Positions 60,101 through 64,000 of a DNA stretch of 64,000 bases are shown here, piece by piece. Position numbers and translations under genes: made by a program. The notes beneath the pieces were generated by a model. The model saw only the letters and a program-made list of their open reading frames with translations. It did not search any database and was not told where the DNA came from. This stretch comes from Octopus vulgaris (taxonomy: Eukaryota), in NCBI GenBank assembly GCA_951406725.2, contig OX597837.1:18786001-18850000 (forward strand), given 5' to 3'. The stretch's first letter is position 1. Each line of letters starts with the position of its first letter.

Positions 60101-63026
60101 TTTTTCCTTCAGTGAATTAAAGACTCCTGAAGCTGTACATAACAATGGATCTCCACTAAAAGACAGTCTTGTGAATAATAATAATGATGAGAATGGTGAT
60201 GATGACAACAATAATGCTAATAATAACAACAACAACAACAGTAAATATGATAACAATAATGTTGAACATATGCAAAATGAGGTATTTTTTCAAAATTATC
60301 TTTATCTAAATTTATTAAGAAAGATAGGATGGTTATTTTAAAGATATATCTGTCCATATCAGGCACAGGCATGGCTGTGTGGTTAAGAAGCTTGCTTCTC
60401 TACCTTGTGTCTTGGGTTCACTTCCAGTGTGGCACCTTGAGCAAGTGTCTTCTACTATAGCTCTGGGTCAACCAAAACCTTGTAATTGTATTTGGTTGAT
60501 AGAAACTGAAAGAATCTTGTTATGTATATATTATGTTATTGATGACACCGAGAAAAAAGTGCTTCTTTTCCACTCACCAAAATGAATGGCACTTTTGCCA
60601 GGAGTAACTGATGTCAGCAGACAGTATCCAACAATCATTGGGTGTTTCGACCTTGAACCATAACATGTTACAATTTGGGGGTGAAACTCTCAATGTTCAT
60701 TGGAGACTGTCTGATGATATCAGTTCCTCCTGGTCAAAGCTCTATGTATGTGTGTGTGTGTACGTTTGTGTGTGTATTTTTATATGTATGTATGAATATA
60801 TGTATATGTATTTATAAATATGAATTTATATATGTATTTATATATATGTATGCATTTATATGTATATATTATATATATATGCATGCATGTATATGTATGT
60901 ATGTGTGTATGTATGTAATGCATGTATATCCATGCTAGCATGGAACATGGAGATAAATAATGATGATAACGATTGTGTGTATGAAATCACTAATGATGTA
61001 TATGATTAAGTTGTTGAATGATTCTATTTCCACTAAATATAAGAAAACTAACATAGACAGACACAATGATGTTAACAATGAAGTTAAATTCCTCTCTAAA
61101 TGTAGTAAAATTGATGATAGATTCGAATGCTTAGCAAAGAGGGAAGCTTTTATTACTCTAAAAGATCACAAACCTAACTTCAGTAATAAAGCCCGCTTGT
61201 AGATTCTTAAACTCAGTGAGGACTGAAATTGAGTTAATAGTTAAGGAACATTAATATCAGAATCAGAAAGATTAATAGTACTCTCCATTGATTGTGTGGC
61301 CCTTTTGATGATAGTCAATAAACAATGCCATTTGCATTCCAGAAATGTGGGCCATCATCTCCCCTGCAAATGAAACGAACTTGACCTTCTTTGGAGCAAG
61401 TGAAGAGGGATGTTTTCACTGCATGGATTGTCTCTTTATCTCTGGCTCAAAGTGATGAAGCCAAGACTCATCCTGAGCTAGCAAATGTTCAAGGATACCA
61501 GCTAAGATCTGCCTCAAACAATGTCAAATTTTCTTGTGACATGATCAGCCTGGTGCGCTTTTGATCAGGTGTCAGAAGTTGTGGCACCCACTAAGCAGAA
61601 ACCTTCATCATACCAAGTTCATTGTGCAAAATATTCTCAACTCTCTCATGAGATATGCTACTAGCATTGGGCATTTGATTTATAGTTAGTCACCTGTCAT
61701 CCATCACCATGTGATGAAAACAATTAATGTTTTCCTCAGTGGTGGCAGTTGCAAGATGTTCAGACATTGGGTCATCTTTAAGACTCTCTCTTCCCCTCCT
61801 AAATTCAGTTGCCCACTTTTGCACCGTTGATAAAGCTAGGGTGTCATCCCCTAATATAGCAACCATGTCAGCATGATGGTCCTTGGGGGCTAAACCCTTT
61901 TTCTGCTGGCACTCAATAACACCATGATGCCAGATTTTGTTCATTTTGAAGTTGTTACTAGTTTCTTTTGAAGTCTTCTTTGAACTATCAGATATCATTT
62001 TACTTGGAAAGAAACAACACAGTCGTTAATAAAAAGGGTTGAAATTAATGCATGCAAGATTTCACAGCTCTAGCATCACTCCTTCATAGCCAGCCTATGA
62101 AATTCTCAGCCCACCCTCAAATGTGTCAAACTGACTGAATTATCCAGTTCTGTTTATAGTTCTGTTTCTGTGCTCTGCATTCAGTTCCACTAAGCTTAAC
62201 TTTGCCTTCCATCCTTTTGGAGTTTATAAATAATTCTAATGGAAAGCAGTAGATTTGTAGAATTCTTAGAGTATCTTGGGGTATGTGTTTCAGCTCTGTG
62301 TGTTTTGAGTTCAGCTTCAACCTCTCTGACACAATTAATGACCGGCTTAGGAACTCCTTTAAACAAGTAGCCAAATATTTTCTGCAGATCAGTCTTAATG
62401 TCAGCATACCAGTTGACAGGAGAGAATAAAAGATGATTTCGAAGTCCCATACGCTCAACAAATGATGTGTGTGTGTGTGTGTTTGTGTTTGTCTTTTACT
62501 GATGTATGTCTGTAGAAGACAATCAGAACAGACCAGCTAAAGCATAATATCAGTATAAATATTCAAACATTTTCTATTGCTAAAAGTGAGGTTAATAATC
62601 AGAAAAATTATTATTTTATTATTTTAGAAGTATGTCAGTCCTCATGTTGGAACATTTTATCTTGTTCCTGTGTAATAAGGGGTTTCCTGAATAAGACTGC
62701 TTCTAAAGAATTCATTATGATTCTTATATATTCTTTCTAAATTCACAGGCTGGTGCTTTAAATCACAGTTTTACAGAATCTACAAGCTGTCAGAAGCCAG
62801 CAGCTGCTCGTGACAAAGACAATCCTTGGAGCCTAATTTTGTCACCTGTGAAAGTTCCTGACAAAAGTCAAACAGGCTCTACTCGAACAGGCTCTACTCG
62901 AACAGGCTCTACTCGAACAGGCTCTACTCGAACTCCTCCACAACCTCTACCACATCCACCACCACAAACTGTGATAAGTCTGACCAACATCATGGCAGAA
63001 CAACAAAGTCAATTGCCACAGCAAAA
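26166..63026 (+). CDS. IBTK: IBTK (inhibitor of Bruton tyrosine kinase), spliced CDS, 3' incomplete. Coding exons: 26166-26486, 28075-28171, 28905-29029, 30752-30862, 34426-34511, 35470-35663, 37460-37631, 38834-38975, 39950-40121, 40523-40688, 44367-44472, 45489-45838, 47701-47796, 49454-49577, 49746-49839, 50045-50137, 52067-52184, 55432-55492, 59931-60281, 62749-63026
   Basis: All 20 exons have AG/GT boundaries and consecutive phases match, giving an open frame of about 3257 nt. Domain order is ankyrin repeats ([18 protein letters not shown]; [18 protein letters not shown]), RCC1-like repeats ([13 protein letters not shown]; [15 protein letters not shown]), BTB1 ([28 protein letters not shown]), BTB2 ([24 protein letters not shown]), BACK-like, then [11 protein letters not shown]. 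This is the IBTK architecture. Confidence 0.93.
27360..27860 (+). mobile_element. Decayed Penelope-like GIY-YIG endonuclease fragment
   Basis: [11 protein letters not shown]...[16 protein letters not shown]...[15 protein letters not shown]. Confidence 0.65.
28075..28171 (+). CDS. IBTK: IBTK exon ([18 protein letters not shown]...)
   Basis: tag|CAT...GGAG|gtactt; completes the third ankyrin repeat; phase 0 to 1. Confidence 0.88.
28905..29029 (+). CDS. IBTK: IBTK exon, RCC1-like repeat
   Basis: gcag|CA CCA AAT GAT GTA TAT GTG TGG GGA...AAACAG|gttagt. Confidence 0.9.
30143..30223 (-). ncRNA. Type I hammerhead ribozyme motif (intact core); mirror copy on + at 30345-30420
   Basis: UUUC-CUGAUGA-GAAGGC[..]GUCUUC-GAAA-CAUAUG-UC-GAGA: stem I, core, stem II, palindromic stem III, GUC site. 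Confidence 0.8.
30752..30862 (+). CDS. IBTK: IBTK exon, RCC1-like repeat
   Basis: [37 protein letters not shown]; acag|...|gtaagt. Confidence 0.92.
32760..33330 (+). mobile_element. Decayed CR1/L2-like LINE RT fragment
   Basis: Remnants of [31 protein letters not shown]. Confidence 0.7.
33416..33636. mobile_element. piggyBac-type MITE; related copies at about 35955-36177 and 30885-31082
   Basis: TTAA|CCCTTTAG...CTAAAGGG|TTAA. Confidence 0.8.
33697..34040 (+). mobile_element. Second tRNA-derived SINE group; related at 31870-32165(+), 26520-26740(-), 54773-55100(-)
   Basis: TGGCTCAGTGGTTAGAGC A-box, B-box-like GAGTTTGATTC, GTGTTCTTGAGCAAG core. Confidence 0.75.
34426..34511 (+). CDS. IBTK: IBTK exon, RCC1-like repeat
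   Basis: [28 protein letters not shown]; ttcag|...|gttagc. Confidence 0.88.
35470..35663 (+). CDS. IBTK: IBTK exon, RCC1-like repeats
   Basis: [16 protein letters not shown]...[23 protein letters not shown]; cacag|...|gtaagt. Confidence 0.9.
37460..37631 (+). CDS. IBTK: IBTK exon
   Basis: ...[30 protein letters not shown]; acag|...|gtaagt. Confidence 0.88.
38834..38975 (+). CDS. IBTK: IBTK exon
   Basis: [16 protein letters not shown]...[12 protein letters not shown]; tag|...|gtaaaa; phases 2 to 0 fit neighbours. Confidence 0.8.
39950..40121 (+). CDS. IBTK: IBTK exon
   Basis: [16 protein letters not shown]...[13 protein letters not shown]; long pyrimidine tract, ends |gtgagt. Confidence 0.85.
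40523..40688 (+). CDS. IBTK: IBTK exon
   Basis: ...[31 protein letters not shown]; gcag|...|gtttct. Confidence 0.87.
43027..43110 (+). ncRNA. Degenerate hammerhead motif (C3U)
   Basis: UGG-UUGAUGA-AUGCU[..]AGCGU-GAAA-CAAUCG-UA-CCA. Confidence 0.55.
44367..44472 (+). CDS. IBTK: IBTK exon, start of BTB1
   Basis: ...[22 protein letters not shown]; ttcag|...|gtttct. Confidence 0.88.
45489..45838 (+). CDS. IBTK: IBTK exon, BTB1
   Basis: [18 protein letters not shown]...[21 protein letters not shown]...[20 protein letters not shown]. Confidence 0.9.
47430..47638 (-). mobile_element. SINE (third family) with target-site duplication; fragments also at about 27930-28070, 38520-38730 and 58970-59500
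   Basis: Flanked by direct repeat CCTAATATTAATAAT (47415-47429 and 47639-47653). Confidence 0.75.
47701..47796 (+). CDS. IBTK: IBTK exon
   Basis: [12 protein letters not shown]...EPKFDRSA; tttgaag|...|gtaagt. Confidence 0.85.
48520..49030 (+). mobile_element. RTE LINE 3' fragment
   Basis: [38 protein letters not shown]. Confidence 0.85.
49454..49577 (+). CDS. IBTK: IBTK exon, BTB2
   Basis: [41 protein letters not shown]|gtaagt. Confidence 0.92.
49746..49839 (+). CDS. IBTK: IBTK exon, BTB2
   Basis: [31 protein letters not shown]; tatag|...|gtaagt. Confidence 0.88.
50045..50137 (+). CDS. IBTK: IBTK exon, end of BTB2
   Basis: [30 protein letters not shown]; ctag|...|gtaagt. Confidence 0.88.
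50459..50854 (+). mobile_element. Non-autonomous Helitron-like element
   Basis: A|TCTATTATATAAAATCCGTTCTGTCTGTCTG 5' end, GC-rich subterminus, CTAG|T 3' end, no TSD. Confidence 0.65.
50866..51722 (+). mobile_element. Internally deleted mariner transposon; a 5'-end copy is at about 34905-35095
   Basis: TA-flanked TIRs (CAAGGTGGTATCAAAAAGTT / CCTTTTGATACAGTCTTG); [11 protein letters not shown]...[11 protein letters not shown]. Confidence 0.85.
52067..52184 (+). CDS. IBTK: IBTK exon, BACK-like
   Basis: [38 protein letters not shown]; ccag|...|gtaagt. Confidence 0.88.
52380..53570 (+). mobile_element. Decayed Penelope-like endonuclease region (same type as 7057-9645) with a fold-back 3' terminus
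   Basis: [56 protein letters not shown]. Confidence 0.8.
53584..54460. mobile_element. Rearranged 3' region of the Neptune-type PLE (two pieces in opposite orientation)
   Basis: 53640-53991 matches 10960-11250 directly; 53992-54460 matches the reverse complement of 10420-10890. Confidence 0.85.
54347..54382 (+). ncRNA. Minimal hammerhead-like motif with variant core CUGUGGA; relatives at 10505-10534(-), 26840-26875(-), 26902-26937(+)
   Basis: CUUU-CUGUGGA-A-GAG..CUC-GAAA-UG-UC-AAAG. Confidence 0.55.
55432..55492 (+). CDS. IBTK: IBTK exon
   Basis: [20 protein letters not shown]; tacag|...|gtaaga. Confidence 0.85.
55945..57040 (+). mobile_element. RTE-type LINE 3' part, decayed
   Basis: [52 protein letters not shown]. 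Confidence 0.85.
57551..58823 (-). mobile_element. Near full-length Tc1-like transposon (frameshifted)
   Basis: TIRs AGGGGTTGGACAAAATAATGGAAACACCT and its inverse at 58794-58823; [39 protein letters not shown]. Confidence 0.92.
59931..60281 (+). CDS. IBTK: IBTK exon, basic and Asn-rich low-complexity region
   Basis: [17 protein letters not shown]...GRRRSRHKS...NNNN; gtag|...GAG|gtattt. Confidence 0.85.
60990..61300 (+). mobile_element. Penelope-like RT N-terminal fragment
   Basis: KYKK...[24 protein letters not shown]. Confidence 0.7.
61320..62120 (-). mobile_element. Mariner transposase fragment
   Basis: [39 protein letters not shown]. Confidence 0.85.
62749..63026 (+). CDS. IBTK: IBTK exon, disordered C-terminal region
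   Basis: cacag|AGALNHSF...NPW...(TGSTR)x4...[11 protein letters not shown]...|gtaatt; phase 0 start fits the previous exon. Confidence 0.75.
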
Positions 63027-64000
63027 GTAATTACAATCTTTTACATCACATTATTTTTTAAGGATGAGTGTTTGTTTGTTTGTTTGTGAGATGGGGTTGT
63101 TTGTTTTGCTTTTTTCGTTTAGTCTGAAGTCTAAGTGAGTATCTTTGCATTATTGGCTAAAGAATCACATTTGGATAGAGTAAACAAATGGGTGTGATGA
63201 ATATCTCTGATATATTGGTCAAGGTATCACTTCTAGAATATTGGTTTAATAGGAAGAATTAGTGCTTATGGTTTATTACTCAGGGCATCACATCAGGCAT
63301 ATTCAATAAGCAGGAGCATCTATGGTGCAATTAATCAATTAGAATATCACTTGGAATGTTTGACTAATTATGGTTTCTTCGTGACAATAGTACACTTGGA
63401 ATATTAATAAAATGAGAACATCTATAACTTACTAATCAATCAGAGATTTCAATTTCAGATTTTGAATATTTGCTATATTAGAGTGGGAGTATCTGTGGAT
63501 GAAGAGCCCTAACATTTTGGTTAAGGCCCCTCTTTAGATAATAATAAGATTCCAGAATAACCTCTTCTCAAGGTACACAAAGCTTGGAGATGTATTCTTT
63601 TATTCTTTTCCTTGTTTCAATCATTTGACTGTGACCATGCTAGAGCACTGCCTTGAAGGGTTTTAGTTTAACAAATCAACTCCAAGATTTATTTCTTAAG
63701 CCTAGTACTTATTCTATCGGTCTCCTTTGCTGATATGCTAAGTTACAGGGATGTAAACACACCAACACTGATTGTCAAGTGGTGATGAGGGAGAAACACA
63801 GGCATAAAGACACATGTACACAAATATATATATATATATATATATATGAAATTAGAAAAAAACCCACCTTTTATCAATTCAAAATAAACAATTAAATTAC
63901 ACCATCTAGAAACCAAAGTGATTTCTCTACTCCTATAATCATTTCTTAAATATAGCCGTGAAACACGTGTCGTTTTTCTACCTATTATATACATTTTTAT

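Noticed and set aside
21634-60720. Other CTGATGA words (about 21634, 23688, 38305, 48409, 58602, 60711)
   Set aside because: No stem II/GAAA/stem I geometry; they are explained by LINE or Tc1 sequence, or by chance.

Overview
AT-rich, microsatellite- and transposon-dense animal genomic DNA. The SINE families and simple-repeat load point to a coleoid cephalopod, most likely Octopus (inference). The main gene is a + strand, multi-exon IBTK (inhibitor of Bruton tyrosine kinase; ankyrin, RCC1-like, two BTB, BACK-like). I could splice 20 phase-consistent GT-AG coding exons from ATG 26166 to 63026 (about 1085 codons), and the gene continues past the window. A weaker minus-strand transcription unit with an RFX X-box and a CRE may start near 4.5-4.9 kb. 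The rest is decayed RTE, Tx1/L1 and CR1-like LINEs, Penelope-like elements (PLEs) of two types, Tc1/mariner, a Helitron-like element, piggyBac-type MITEs, a Gypsy-type LTR with PBS, and tRNA-derived SINEs. The most interesting hidden layer is about ten type-I hammerhead ribozyme (HHR) motifs carried on PLE termini and short non-autonomous modules. They include family-level core variants (CUGUKGA, CCGACGA) and a tRNA-headed, HHR-tailed retrozyme-like element. Several sit in long fold-back palindromes, most of them inside IBTK introns, and most abut (TA)n tracts. All ribozyme calls are by eye and untested.
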